Below are positions 10,644-19,866 of a stretch of 64,000 nt of DNA, one piece after another. How positions within the stretch are numbered: position 1 is the first letter of the stretch; every line of letters starts with the position of its first letter. A program made the translations under genes and the position numbers. The notes under the pieces are model-generated. The model had not been told where the DNA came from. It made no database searches and worked only from the letters and a program-made list of their open reading frames with translations. Origin of the DNA: Acidobacteriota bacterium (GTDB lineage Bacteria; Acidobacteriota; Thermoanaerobaculia; Multivoradales; JAGPDF01); NCBI GenBank assembly GCA_039933785.1, contig JBDTNL010000005.1, positions 18,506-82,505 on the forward strand. The letters are read 5' to 3'.

Positions 10644-10889
10644 TCAGCCTCCGGAGACCGGCGGCAGGAGTGCCACTTCCGACCCCTCGCGAAGCTTCAC
10701 GTCGTCCCGCGCAATGGTTCCGTCGACCCCGACCGCAAGGCGCGGCCACAGGGGCGCGAGGCTGGGGTATCGGCGTCCGAGCTCGACGCGCAAGCCGGCG
10801 ACGTCGAGGTCGTTGGGGATCTCGATCGCCGTCTCGCTCGCTCCGATCGCGTCGCCGGCGCTGGCGAAGGCTAGTAGCTGGATCTTCAT
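10644..10889 (-). CDS. moaD: Molybdopterin synthase sulfur-carrier subunit (MoaD/ThiS fold)
   Basis: 81 aa ending in the diagnostic ...LLPPVSGG. Only the last 81 codons of the 245-aa track ORF look protein-like. Confidence 0.8.
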   Translation of the reverse strand: MKIQLLAFASAGDAIGASETAIEIPNDLDVAGLRVELGRRYPSLAPLWPRLAVGVDGTIARDDVKLREGSEVALLPPVSGG

Positions 10890-11031
10890 GCTTTCCGTGA
10901 CCTCCGTGGCGGCGGAGGCCGCCGCTGGTGAATCGTCAACGCGACCAGAATACTCTGTTGAGCACATAGAATCGGCCCGCACGCCCGCCGTTCTCAGAGG
11001 AGATGCAATCTTGCCGGTTCTCGATAGTCGT

Positions 11032-12675
11032 ATGCAGAAGGACGACGCGTTCGACCGCCGCGCCGCGCACTGGAGCCAGGCGCTCGAGCAACTGCGCCGC
11101 GAGGAGGACGTCTTGCGCCTCGGCGGTGGTGCGGAGGCGCAGGCGAAGCAGCGCCAGCGGGGCAAGATGACAGCCCGGGAGCGTGTGGCGGCGCTCTGCG
11201 ATCCCGGCTCGGCGTTCCTCGAGCTCGGCCTCTGGGCGGCCCATGGCATGTACGCCGAGTACGGCGGCGCACCATCGGCGGGTGTGGTGACCGGTATCGG
11301 CGCCATCCACGGACGCGATGTCGTGGTGGTTTCGAACGACGCCACGGTGAAGGCCGGCGCCTGGTTTCCGATGACCTGCAAGAAGGTCCTCCGGGCTCAG
11401 GAGATCGCGCTCGAGAACCGGTTGCCGATCGTCTATCTGGTCGACTCGGCGGGCGTGTTCTTGCCGCTCCAGGACGAGATCTTCCCCGACCGCGAGCACT
11501 TCGGCCGCGCGTTTTACAACAATGCGCGGTTGAGCGCGGCCGGTGTTTTCCAGATGGCGGCGATCATGGGGAGCTGCGTCGCCGGCGGTGCCTATCTCCC
11601 AATCATGAGCGACGAGTCGCACATCGTCGAGCGCACGGGATCGATCTTCCTCGCTGGCTCGCATCTGGTGAAGGCCGCGATCGGCGAATCGATCGAGAAC
11701 GAGGCTCTGGGCGGTGCGATCGTCCAGTGCGACATCTCTGGCGTCGTTGACCACCGCCATCCCGACGACGCCAGCTGCTTGTCGAAGATCCGCAGCCAGT
11801 TTGCCCAACTCGCCGCCGGCAAGCAGGCTCCCTTCGCACGCCGGCCCGCCATGCCGCCACGCTACCCGGTCGCCGATCTGCTCGGCACGATGCCCGTCGA
11901 GCGCACGCGACCCTATGACACGCGCGAGATTCTGGCCCGGCTGCTGGACGATTCGGACTTCGACGAGTACAAGGAAAACTACGGTCAGACGCTGGTCTGC
12001 GGCACCGGCTGGATCGGCGGCTGGGCAGTCGGCGTGGTGGCGAACCAGCGTTCCGTCGTGCCACGCAAGACCGGACTCGAGAGCAAGGACAAAGAGCTTC
12101 AGATCGGCGGCGTGATCTACAGCGATTCGGCCGACAAGGGCGCGCGCTTCGTCGAGCTCTGCAATCAGAAGGGCATCCCGCTGCTGTTTCTCCAAGACGT
12201 CACCGGCTTCATGGTCGGCTCGCGCTCGGAGCGCGGCGGCATCATCAAGGACGGCGCCAAGATGGTGAACGCGGTCGCCAACTCGGTGGTGCCGAAGATC
12301 ACCATCTTCGTCGGCAACAGCTACGGCGCCGGGAACTACGCCATGTGTGGCAAGGCATATGGCGCGCGTTTCCTCTACGCCTGGCCGTCGGCCGCCATCG
12401 CGGTCATGGGTGGCGAGCAAGCGAGCAAGACGCTGCTCGGCATCCAACTCAAGAATCGCGGCGCCGAGGTGAGCGAAGAGGAGAAAGCCGAGCGGCTACA
12501 CGAGATCCAGCAGCGTTTTGCCGACGCCATGAACCCACGCTACGCCGCGTCCCGTCTGTGGGTCGACGGCATCATCGATCCGACGGAGACCCGCGAAGTC
12601 GTCGCCCGATCTCTGGCCGCTGCGGCCTGCAATGCCGAGCTCGAGGAGTTCCGCACTGGCGTTCTGCAGACCTGA
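11032..12675 (+). CDS. Acyl-CoA carboxylase carboxyltransferase (beta) subunit, methylcrotonoyl-CoA carboxylase-like
   Basis: Strong similarity pattern to MCCase beta: GKMTARERVAALCDPGSAFLELG, VVVSNDATVKAGAWFPMTCKKVLRAQEIALENRLPIVYLVDSAGVFLP, MGSCVAGGAYLP. An alternative TTG start at 11011 follows the SD GAGGAG. Confidence 0.9.
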   Translation: MQKDDAFDRRAAHWSQALEQLRREEDVLRLGGGAEAQAKQRQRGKMTARERVAALCDPGSAFLELGLWAAHGMYAEYGGAPSAGVVTGIGAIHGRDVVVVSNDATVKAGAWFPMTCKKVLRAQEIALENRLPIVYLVDSAGVFLPLQDEIFPDREHFGRAFYNNARLSAAGVFQMAAIMGSCVAGGAYLPIMSDESHIVERTGSIFLAGSHLVKAAIGESIENEALGGAIVQCDISGVVDHRHPDDASCLSKIRSQFAQLAAGKQAPFARRPAMPPRYPVADLLGTMPVERTRPYDTREILARLLDDSDFDEYKENYGQTLVCGTGWIGGWAVGVVANQRSVVPRKTGLESKDKELQIGGVIYSDSADKGARFVELCNQKGIPLLFLQDVTGFMVGSRSERGGIIKDGAKMVNAVANSVVPKITIFVGNSYGAGNYAMCGKAYGARFLYAWPSAAIAVMGGEQASKTLLGIQLKNRGAEVSEEEKAERLHEIQQRFADAMNPRYAASRLWVDGIIDPTETREVVARSLAAAACNAELEEFRTGVLQT

Positions 12676-14467
12676 GGTACCCGGCTGGCGACCCGCAGTT
12701 GGAATCAGCCTCGTCATCTGGGCAGGTTTCGTCCAGAGCTGCAGTCCGCGCGCGACGCAGCGCGACCAGGCGAGCTCGCCGCGCACGGTCGAGACCGTGC
12801 GTTACCAGGACCTGATCGTCGAACCCGCAGGCCGTGCCCATGCCTTCGACGACACGACGGGCATCCAACATTGCAGCGACGAGAGCTATCTCGGAGTCGC
12901 GATTGCGCCCGACGGGCGGCCGCGGCCGCGCAACCGCTACTCGGTGGAGCTCGCGGGATCGTCCAGCCTCTTGATCGGCGGCTGCGTGGAAACGCTGCCG
13001 CCCGGCGGGGGAGCCTCGGTTCGCGTCACTGTCGCGGGCGCGGACGGCGCGAGCGATCCGCACGAGCTTGCCCTTCCGGATCGGACCTGGCGAACCGAGG
13101 AGCAGCCCCTTCGTTTGCCGGCCGGCAGGGCGCGTGTCGAGCTGGTGGCCGGCCCGGGAACTGCCGCGATCGCCTTGCGCGACCTGGCGCTGAAGACGGT
13201 GACCGAGGAGGCGCCGCCGAGACCGGCGCGGCGGGCCATCCTGATTTCACTCGATACTTTCCGCGAGGACGCAATCGGTGCCATCGGTGGGCGCACCAGA
13301 ACGCCGGTGCTCGATCGTCTCTTGCTCGCGGCGCAGCGTTTCGCACCGCACTGGTCGGCGGATATCTCGACCAAGCCGTCTCACGCCACGATCCTGAGCG
13401 GCTTGCCGGTCGCGGTGCACGGTTGCGACCGCGACCAGACGATACTTGGAGAGAGCGTCGAGACGCTCGCCGAACGGTTGCACGCCGCGGGGATCGCCAC
13501 CGGTGGCCTGTTGAGCATCGCTCCATTCTTCGACGCCCGCTACGGCATGAGTCAAGGCTTCGACACCTGGAAACTCGGGGCGTGGACCGCGGCGCAGGAG
13601 CTTCGCGCCGCGAGCAACTGGGTTGGTGCGCATCGCGACGAGGCATTCTTCCTCTTCGTCCATCTCTACGCTGCGCACAGCGACTCGAAGCGCTTGCCGT
13701 ACGAGGCCCCAGGGGTGACCCGCCAGACGATTGCCGAGCGCTTTGGGGTGGCCGACTACGGTTGTCGCGGCGGAGCCTGCGCGAGCCGGTTCCTGCATCG
13801 TCTCGACGCCAGGCTGCTGCCCGGCATTCCGCAAGACCGGGACATCTTGCGCTTCCTGTACGAGCGCGGCGTCGAGGGTTTGGACAGCGATCTAGGCGTG
13901 TTCTTCGACGACCTCGGCCGCGACGGACTGTGGGACGACACGCTGGTGCTGCTCACCGCGGATCACGGCGAGCAATTCGCCGAGCATGGCCACTTTCTTC
14001 ACACCACGTCGCACGAAGAGACGCTGCGCGTCCCTCTGCTGGTGAAGTGGCCAGGTGGACGGGATGCGGGCGCGTTGGCTGGGCGACCTTCCTCCTCGCT
14101 CGACCTTGCACCGACGTTGCTGGCTCACTTTGGAGTGCCGAGCCCGGATCTCCTGGGGCATGACCTTGCCCGCCCAGTGGACGGCCCGGTCGTCCTGGTG
14201 GCCAGGGACGCCGTTCGAGTTGGCGATCTCAAGCTGGTGATTGATACACCGGAGTTCCCGGAATCGCTTTACGACCTCGCCAACGATCCCGATGAAGCGA
14301 CGAGTATTCTCGGTGGAAATACCTCCAGCGCCGCTCGACTGCGCGAAGCGCGCGCGGCCTTTCTCGCCGAGGCCCGCCGGCGACTCGGGCGTGTCACCCG
14401 GCCGCAGCGCGTGCCCTATTCACCGGAGGAGATCGAGCGCCTCCGCTCCCTCGGCTACCTGCAGTAG
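12632..14467 (+). CDS. Sulfatase-like hydrolase/transferase (alkaline phosphatase superfamily) with an N-terminal domain of about 190 aa of unknown function
   Basis: The core contains ILISLDTFRED...DISTKPSHATILSGL...LLTADHGEQFAEHGHFLHT. The start is uncertain: ATG 12632 overlaps the upstream gene by 44 nt, and the next in-frame start is a GTG near 12794. Confidence 0.7.
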   Translation: MPSSRSSALAFCRPEVPGWRPAVGISLVIWAGFVQSCSPRATQRDQASSPRTVETVRYQDLIVEPAGRAHAFDDTTGIQHCSDESYLGVAIAPDGRPRPRNRYSVELAGSSSLLIGGCVETLPPGGGASVRVTVAGADGASDPHELALPDRTWRTEEQPLRLPAGRARVELVAGPGTAAIALRDLALKTVTEEAPPRPARRAILISLDTFREDAIGAIGGRTRTPVLDRLLLAAQRFAPHWSADISTKPSHATILSGLPVAVHGCDRDQTILGESVETLAERLHAAGIATGGLLSIAPFFDARYGMSQGFDTWKLGAWTAAQELRAASNWVGAHRDEAFFLFVHLYAAHSDSKRLPYEAPGVTRQTIAERFGVADYGCRGGACASRFLHRLDARLLPGIPQDRDILRFLYERGVEGLDSDLGVFFDDLGRDGLWDDTLVLLTADHGEQFAEHGHFLHTTSHEETLRVPLLVKWPGGRDAGALAGRPSSSLDLAPTLLAHFGVPSPDLLGHDLARPVDGPVVLVARDAVRVGDLKLVIDTPEFPESLYDLANDPDEATSILGGNTSSAARLREARAAFLAEARRRLGRVTRPQRVPYSPEEIERLRSLGYLQ

Positions 14468-14492
14468 TCAGCGGCGCGATAGCGCTGCTGAC
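14467..14492. terminator. Hairpin between convergent genes (possible bidirectional terminator)
   Basis: GTCAGCGGCGC, loop GATA, GCGCTGCTGAC: an 11-bp stem with one G-U pair, lying exactly between the two stop codons. There is no clear U-tract. Confidence 0.3.
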
Positions 14493-14496
14493 GTTG

Positions 14497-17115
14497 TCAC
14501 TCCGCGCGGAGGGCCGCCGCAGGCGACACCCGCACCGCCCGCCACGCAGGCAGGAACGTTCCGAGCGCCGTGCCGGCGAGGACCAGTGCCAGAGCCGCCG
14601 CATAGGTCGTCAGATCTCCTGGGTTGAGGCCGACGAGAAGTGCCTGGAGCGACCGTCCTGCCGCGTAGGCGAGCACCAATCCGATGCCGATGCCGGCGGC
14701 GGCGAGAGTCGCGCCCTCGCGCGCCACCAGGCGGATGATGTCCATCCGCTCGGCGCCGATCGCCATGCGCACGGCGAACTCCTGGCTGCGGGTCGCCACG
14801 CCGAACGAGAGCAGGCCATGCAGGCCGACCCCGGCGAGCAGGCAGGCGATGGCGGCGAAGGCGCCAAGCACGATGACTTGCACCCTGCGGGGCGCAGTGT
14901 CGTCGGCGACGATGTCGGCGAGGAGGCGAATGTCGGAGATCGGCTGATTCGGATCGGCGGCACGGACGATGTCGCGCAGCGCCGGCATGAGGTCGAGCGG
15001 GTTCGCCGCCGAACGCACCACCAGATCCTTGGGCGAGTACCAGGACACCGAATTGTCGGCCACCTGCCGGTAGGGCACATACACCTGCGGTTCGCTCTCG
15101 CGCTCGAGCCCGCGAATGCGGATGTCTCCAACGACGCCGACCACAGTGCGCGGCATGAAGGCGAATTTGAAGTGTTGGCCGAGCGGGTCCTTGCCGGGCC
15201 AGTACTGCTTGGCGAAGGACTCGCTGACCACCGCCACGAACGGCGCTTCAAAGGTGTCGCTCGGGTCGGTATCGCGTCCGGCGCGCAGCGGCGTGTTCAT
15301 CGTGGCGAAATACCCGGGAGTGACGAAACGCAGGCTGGCGCGCTGGTTGCTGTCGTCACGCGGCCGGCCGGGCACTTCGACGGACCAGATGCCGCCGCCA
15401 TAGGCGATGGGCAGGGAGCTGATGTACGCGGCGCCAGTCACGCCCGGCAGCTGGCGCGTTTGCGCCAGCACTCGGTCGTAAAACTGCGCGCGGCGCAGCG
15501 TTGCGTCGTACTCAGGACTGGGCAGCGCCGTGCGCAAGGTGAGTACCCCGGCGCTCTTGAAACCGGGATCGGTGTCTTGAATGCGAGACAACGCGCGCAA
15601 CAAGAGGCCGGCGGAAATCAGCAGGACCACTGAGATCGTCACCTCCGCTCCGACCAGGAATCCACGCAGCCTCTCGCGGCGTCCGCCGACGCCCGATCGC
15701 CCGCCTTCGCGCAGATCGGCTGGACCGGTGCCGCGGCAGGCGCGCAGCGCCGGCAGGACACCGAAGGCGAGCGCCGTGAACATCGTGACCACCGCCGCGA
15801 CCGAGAGCACGCGCAGGTCGAGGCGTGGCAGCTCGGTGATGGGCAGCGACGGCGGCACGAGCAGGGCCAAGAGCGGCATGGAGGCGAATCCCGCCGCGAC
15901 CCCCAGCACACCACCGCCCAGGGCCAGCAAAGCGCTTTCGGTCAGCAGCTGGCGAACCAATCGTCCTTTGCCGGCGCCGAGCGCGGTGCGCACGGAGATC
16001 TCCTTGCGCCGCACCAGGGCGCGCGCCAGGAGCAGGCTGGCGAGGTTCGCGCAAGCAATCAGCAATAAGCAGAGTGCGGCGCCGACCAGGGCCATCAAGA
16101 GCTGCCGCGAACGCCAGGGCACGTCGGAGCGCAACGGGAACAGCGTAGAGCCTGCCTTGGTCGCGCCGGGAGCCGGCGGGTATGCCTTCGCTAGACGTTC
16201 TGAGATCACACCCATCTCGGTCCGCACGGCTTCTATCGTCACGCCGGGACGGAGCTTGCCGACCACCTTCAGATAGTTGTTGTCGCGCTCCTTGTAGTCC
16301 TCCTCCCCGAAGCCCAACGGGCGCCACGCCTGCATGCCTCGCTTCGGGAAGCTGAAGTCGGGCGCCATGACGCCGATCACCGTAGCCGGGGCGCCGTCGA
16401 TACGCACGGCGCGGCCGAGGATCGAGGGATCGCCCGCGAAGCGTGATTGCCAAACCGCATGACTGAGCAGCAGGGTTTGCGGCGCGCCCGGGCGAGCGTC
16501 CTCCTGCGAAAACGAGCGCCCGAGTCTGGGCCGCACGCCGAGCATGTCCATCAGGTTGGGCGTCAGTGCCGTGGACTCGAGGCGCACGGGCTCGCCCACG
16601 CCCACCAGGTTGATGGCGCCCGAATACCAGGCTCCAAGGCTTTCGAAGCTGGTATTGAGCTGCTGCCAGTCATGGAAGACCGCCGGCGATGGCTCGGTAC
16701 GCGCGTAGTTGCCATTGCTCTGCCAGACGGCAACCAGGCGCTCCCATCCGGCATACGGCAGCGGACGAAGGAGCACGTGGTCGGTGATGGAGAAGGCCGC
16801 GGTCATCGCGCCGATGCCGAGCGCCGAGACCAGCAGAACGGCGCCGGTGAATCCGGGAGCGCGGCGGAACGTGCGCAAAGCCTGCAACACGTCCTGCCGC
16901 AGGAGGTCGGCGTGGCAGCGCACGGCAGCGGTCAGCGTGTCGACTAGGGTTTCGAGCCAAAGTCCGATGCGCGGAGCGAATCCATCGGCGTCTCGGCGGC
17001 GGCGCGCGAAAAGCGCCTCCATCTCGCCGCCGTATTCGTCGCGGAAGGAGCGCGGGAAGAGCCGGAGCAGCAGGGCGTAGACGCGAGACTTGGGACCTCC
17101 AGTCGGGGAGCTCAT
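14497..17115 (-). CDS. MacB/FtsX-type duplicated orphan permease, copy 2 (PadR-coupled)
   Basis: 872 aa with two FtsX-type modules and a cytoplasmic N-terminal extension (...FRDEYGGEMEALFARRRRDA...). Its ATG directly follows the padR TGA. Confidence 0.85.
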   Translation of the reverse strand: MSSPTGGPKSRVYALLLRLFPRSFRDEYGGEMEALFARRRRDADGFAPRIGLWLETLVDTLTAAVRCHADLLRQDVLQALRTFRRAPGFTGAVLLVSALGIGAMTAAFSITDHVLLRPLPYAGWERLVAVWQSNGNYARTEPSPAVFHDWQQLNTSFESLGAWYSGAINLVGVGEPVRLESTALTPNLMDMLGVRPRLGRSFSQEDARPGAPQTLLLSHAVWQSRFAGDPSILGRAVRIDGAPATVIGVMAPDFSFPKRGMQAWRPLGFGEEDYKERDNNYLKVVGKLRPGVTIEAVRTEMGVISERLAKAYPPAPGATKAGSTLFPLRSDVPWRSRQLLMALVGAALCLLLIACANLASLLLARALVRRKEISVRTALGAGKGRLVRQLLTESALLALGGGVLGVAAGFASMPLLALLVPPSLPITELPRLDLRVLSVAAVVTMFTALAFGVLPALRACRGTGPADLREGGRSGVGGRRERLRGFLVGAEVTISVVLLISAGLLLRALSRIQDTDPGFKSAGVLTLRTALPSPEYDATLRRAQFYDRVLAQTRQLPGVTGAAYISSLPIAYGGGIWSVEVPGRPRDDSNQRASLRFVTPGYFATMNTPLRAGRDTDPSDTFEAPFVAVVSESFAKQYWPGKDPLGQHFKFAFMPRTVVGVVGDIRIRGLERESEPQVYVPYRQVADNSVSWYSPKDLVVRSAANPLDLMPALRDIVRAADPNQPISDIRLLADIVADDTAPRRVQVIVLGAFAAIACLLAGVGLHGLLSFGVATRSQEFAVRMAIGAERMDIIRLVAREGATLAAAGIGIGLVLAYAAGRSLQALLVGLNPGDLTTYAAALALVLAGTALGTFLPAWRAVRVSPAAALRAE

Positions 17116-17478
17116 TCAGACTTTCCCGGGAGCGAGCCCGCGCTGCCGGCCGAGGTCGAGAAGCTGCGCCAGGCGGCGCAACTCGGCGCGCGCCGTGGTC
17201 CGTCCGAACGGCGTGATCCGGTAGTAGCGCCGGCGTTCGTCGTCCATCTCCGGCGCCGGCCGGTCGTCGATCTCGACGATCAGGCCTTGCTCCAGCATGC
17301 GCTGCAGCGAGCGATAGAGCGTGCCGGCGCCGAGGCGCAGCTCGCCCCCCGTGCGCTCTTCGACGTCGCGCAGGATGGCGTAGCCGTGGCGATCCTCGTC
17401 GGCGAGGGCGAGGAGGATGTGCAGTGTGGCGCTCGGGAGGGGAAGGAGCTTGTCGGTGTCCGCGGCCTTGGGCTTCAT
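17116..17478 (-). CDS. PadR-family transcriptional regulator
   Basis: 120 aa. LHILLALADEDRHGYAILRDVEERTGGELRLGAGTLYRSLQRMLEQGLI...RRYYRITPFG is a classic PadR wHTH. Confidence 0.9.
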   Translation of the reverse strand: MKPKAADTDKLLPLPSATLHILLALADEDRHGYAILRDVEERTGGELRLGAGTLYRSLQRMLEQGLIVEIDDRPAPEMDDERRRYYRITPFGRTTARAELRRLAQLLDLGRQRGLAPGKV

Positions 17479-17484
17479 GAGGCA

Positions 17485-17522
17485 ACTATAGCCGAAACAG
17501 TTATAGTGTCAATGGCTATATT
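17485..17522 (-). promoter_or_regulatory. padR/permease-2 promoter with a flanking inverted repeat (putative PadR operator)
   Basis: Minus strand: TTGACA (17512-17507), a 16-nt spacer, then TATAGT (17490-17485), which ends 6 nt before the ATG at 17478. The inverted repeat ACTATAGCC (17485-17493) / GGCTATATT (17514-17522) matches 8 of 9. This is an AT-rich island in a GC-rich genome. Confidence 0.45.
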
Positions 17523-17610
17523 CGCGGTGGAGTGATGTGTTGGGGGGCGAGCGTTTGGCGAACAGTGCGCTACAGTTTCGCTGCAACGCCGAGATCTGGA
17601 GCCGTCGCGA

Positions 17611-18996
17611 ATGCCCGAGTCCTCCTTCGACCTGGTAGTGATCGGCTCCGGCCCCGCCGGGCAGAAGGGCGCGATCTCGGCCGCCAAGCAGAAGAAGCGG
17701 GTGGCGATCGTCGATCGCAAGGAACGTATGGGCGGAGTGTGCCTGCACACCGGGACGATTCCTTCGAAGACCCTGCGCGAGGCGATCCTTTACTTGAGCG
17801 GCTTCCGGCAGCGCTCGTTTTATGGCCTGGACTACTCGCTCAAGGACGAGGTCTCGATCGGCGACCTGTCGTTCCGGGTCGACGCCGTCCTCGAGCGCGA
17901 GATCGAGATCGTTCGCGCGCAGCTGAAGAGGAACGGCGTGGTTTCGTTCTCCGGTCACGCGAAGTTCGTCGATGCGCACACCCTGGAGGTCGAGTCCGTG
18001 GACGGCGTGCGGCATCGGCTGCGCGCGGAGCATGTCCTGATCGCCTGCGGTACCCGCCCGGCGCACACCCCCGGAGTGCCGATCGACGGCGAACACATCA
18101 TCGATTCGGACCAGCTGCTGCGGATGAAGTCGCTGCCGCGCAATCTGATCGTGGTCGGCGCCGGGGTCATCGGACTCGAGTACGCGGCCATGCTCACCGC
18201 GCTCGACATCAAGGTGACGATCATCGAACAGCGGCCGACGATGCTCGAGTTCGTCGACGACGAGGTGATGGAGGCGCTCTGCTACTTCCTGCGCCAACGC
18301 GGTGCGACGTTGCGTCTCGGCGAACGCGTGACGCAGGTGCAGCAAATCGGCGGACGAGTCGCCGCCAGTCTCGAAAGCGGCAAGCAGGTGTACGGCGACG
18401 CCCTGCTCTACACCGTCGGACGGCAGACCAACGCCGATTTGCTGGGTCTCGAAGCCGTCGGCCTCGAGGCCGACGAGCGTGGCCGCCTGGTGGTGAACGA
18501 CGCCTTCCAGACCTCGGTGCCCCATATCTACGCCGCCGGCGACGTGATCGGCTTCCCGGCGCTCGCGTCGACATCCATGGACCAAGGCCGCCTCGCGGCG
18601 CGAAACATGTTCGGCGTGCCGCTGCCCGACTCGAAGGGGCCGACTCCGTACGGTATTTACACTATTCCCGAGATCTCGATGGTCGGCCGCACGGAGCAAC
18701 AGCTCACCGCCGAGAAGGTGCCTTACGAGGTGGGTCAAGCGAAGTTCGAAGAGCTCGCCAAGGGACAGATGCTCGGCGCGGAAGTGGGTCTGCTGAAGAT
18801 CTTGTTCTGTCCGCAGACGCTCGCCATTTATGGCGTGCATGCCTTCGGCGAGGGCGCCACGGAGATCATCCACATCGGCCAGGCGGTGATGGCGCTGGGC
18901 GGCACCATGAAGTACTTCCGCGACACGGTCTTCAACTACCCGACCATGGCCGAGGCCTACAAGGTGGCGGGTCTGGATGGTCTGAACAAGCTGTGA
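17611..18996 (+). CDS. sthA: Soluble pyridine nucleotide transhydrogenase (Si-specific NAD(P)+ transhydrogenase)
   Basis: 461 aa with FDLVVIGSGPAGQKGAISAAK...GGVCLHTGTIPSKTLREAILYLSGFRQRSFYG, the flavoprotein disulfide-reductase fold without the redox-active CxxxxC pair, as in SthA/UdhA. Confidence 0.88.
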   Translation: MPESSFDLVVIGSGPAGQKGAISAAKQKKRVAIVDRKERMGGVCLHTGTIPSKTLREAILYLSGFRQRSFYGLDYSLKDEVSIGDLSFRVDAVLEREIEIVRAQLKRNGVVSFSGHAKFVDAHTLEVESVDGVRHRLRAEHVLIACGTRPAHTPGVPIDGEHIIDSDQLLRMKSLPRNLIVVGAGVIGLEYAAMLTALDIKVTIIEQRPTMLEFVDDEVMEALCYFLRQRGATLRLGERVTQVQQIGGRVAASLESGKQVYGDALLYTVGRQTNADLLGLEAVGLEADERGRLVVNDAFQTSVPHIYAAGDVIGFPALASTSMDQGRLAARNMFGVPLPDSKGPTPYGIYTIPEISMVGRTEQQLTAEKVPYEVGQAKFEELAKGQMLGAEVGLLKILFCPQTLAIYGVHAFGEGATEIIHIGQAVMALGGTMKYFRDTVFNYPTMAEAYKVAGLDGLNKL

Positions 18997-19070
18997 GGGG
19001 CGGCAAAGGAAGCGCCGCTCAGGGGCCGCCGCCGCGCCCGCTGGGCCTCGACGGTCGATTGTCGTTCTTC

Positions 19071-19856
19071 ATGTTGCATGCGCTGGCGCCACGGGTACCA
19101 CGGGTCGCGCCCGCGCCGCCGCCCTCGAGCTTCGAGCCGTTCGAGCGCTTCGATGTGCCGCACGCGCTCCGCGCCGAGCCCCTGCTTGCCACCTGGTTCC
19201 CCGCCGCGGGCGCGGCGCGCGGCGCGGTCTTGCTGGCGCACCCGTGGCTCAGCGTTGGTCAGGGATACTTCCATCGCTACCGTCGCATCCCGGCGCTTCG
19301 CGAGGCGGGCTTTCACGTGCTGACCTTCGATATGCCGGGCTTCGGCGGCAGCGGACGGTTGCGCGGGTATGGGGACGAAGACGTAGAACAGATGCTCGAT
19401 GCACTGGCGAGGCGCGCCCCAGGGTTGCCGTGGCACTTCTGGGGGGTGAGCTCGGGGGGCGTCTGGGGCTCGATCCTCTTGGCTCGGCGCGAGGCGTTCG
19501 CCGGCGCGATGTTCGAGGACGTGACACCTCACCTTCTCGAGTGGTCGTGGCGCGCGGTTCCTGCCCAGCGCCCGGCGTACCTGTTGTACCGGACCTTCCT
19601 CCGTCGAGGCTACGCGTTCCTCGATCTCCGACGTCACGTGCCGTTTCTAAATGCACGGGCCGTGGCGCACGTCGCGGGCGGCCGCGACCTCGGCATTCCG
19701 GAAGCCGAGACCCGCGAGCTCGCGGCGCTGGCGCGAAGCGAGCTGCTCCTGGTCGCTCCCGCCGCCCACCTCGAGTCGATTCGCCTCGCCCACGATGAAG
19801 TCATCGCGCTGGCTCTGCGGACGTTCGAGACCGCCGGCGGCCGCGGCGTGCGGTAG
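19071..19856 (+). CDS. Alpha/beta-fold hydrolase
   Basis: Only the last approximately 261 codons of the 774-aa track ORF look real. They contain HVLTFDMPGFGGSG and the nucleophile elbow GVSSGG. The start is uncertain. Confidence 0.6.
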   Translation: MLHALAPRVPRVAPAPPPSSFEPFERFDVPHALRAEPLLATWFPAAGAARGAVLLAHPWLSVGQGYFHRYRRIPALREAGFHVLTFDMPGFGGSGRLRGYGDEDVEQMLDALARRAPGLPWHFWGVSSGGVWGSILLARREAFAGAMFEDVTPHLLEWSWRAVPAQRPAYLLYRTFLRRGYAFLDLRRHVPFLNARAVAHVAGGRDLGIPEAETRELAALARSELLLVAPAAHLESIRLAHDEVIALALRTFETAGGRGVR

Positions 19857-19866
19857 AGGGCCCGCC

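Noticed and set aside
17532-19856. 774-aa ORF spanning the sthA region and the following gene
   Set aside because: The first roughly 510 codons run out of frame over sthA and look like RGR-rich noise. Only the last roughly 261 codons (from 19071) have an alpha/beta-hydrolase sequence. The same logic was applied to 46265-47836 (real gene 47129-47836), 33958-35523 (real gene 33958-34644), 10644-11381 (moaD only), 50945-52045 (cupin only), 45555-46637, 54253-55641 and 61117-61815.
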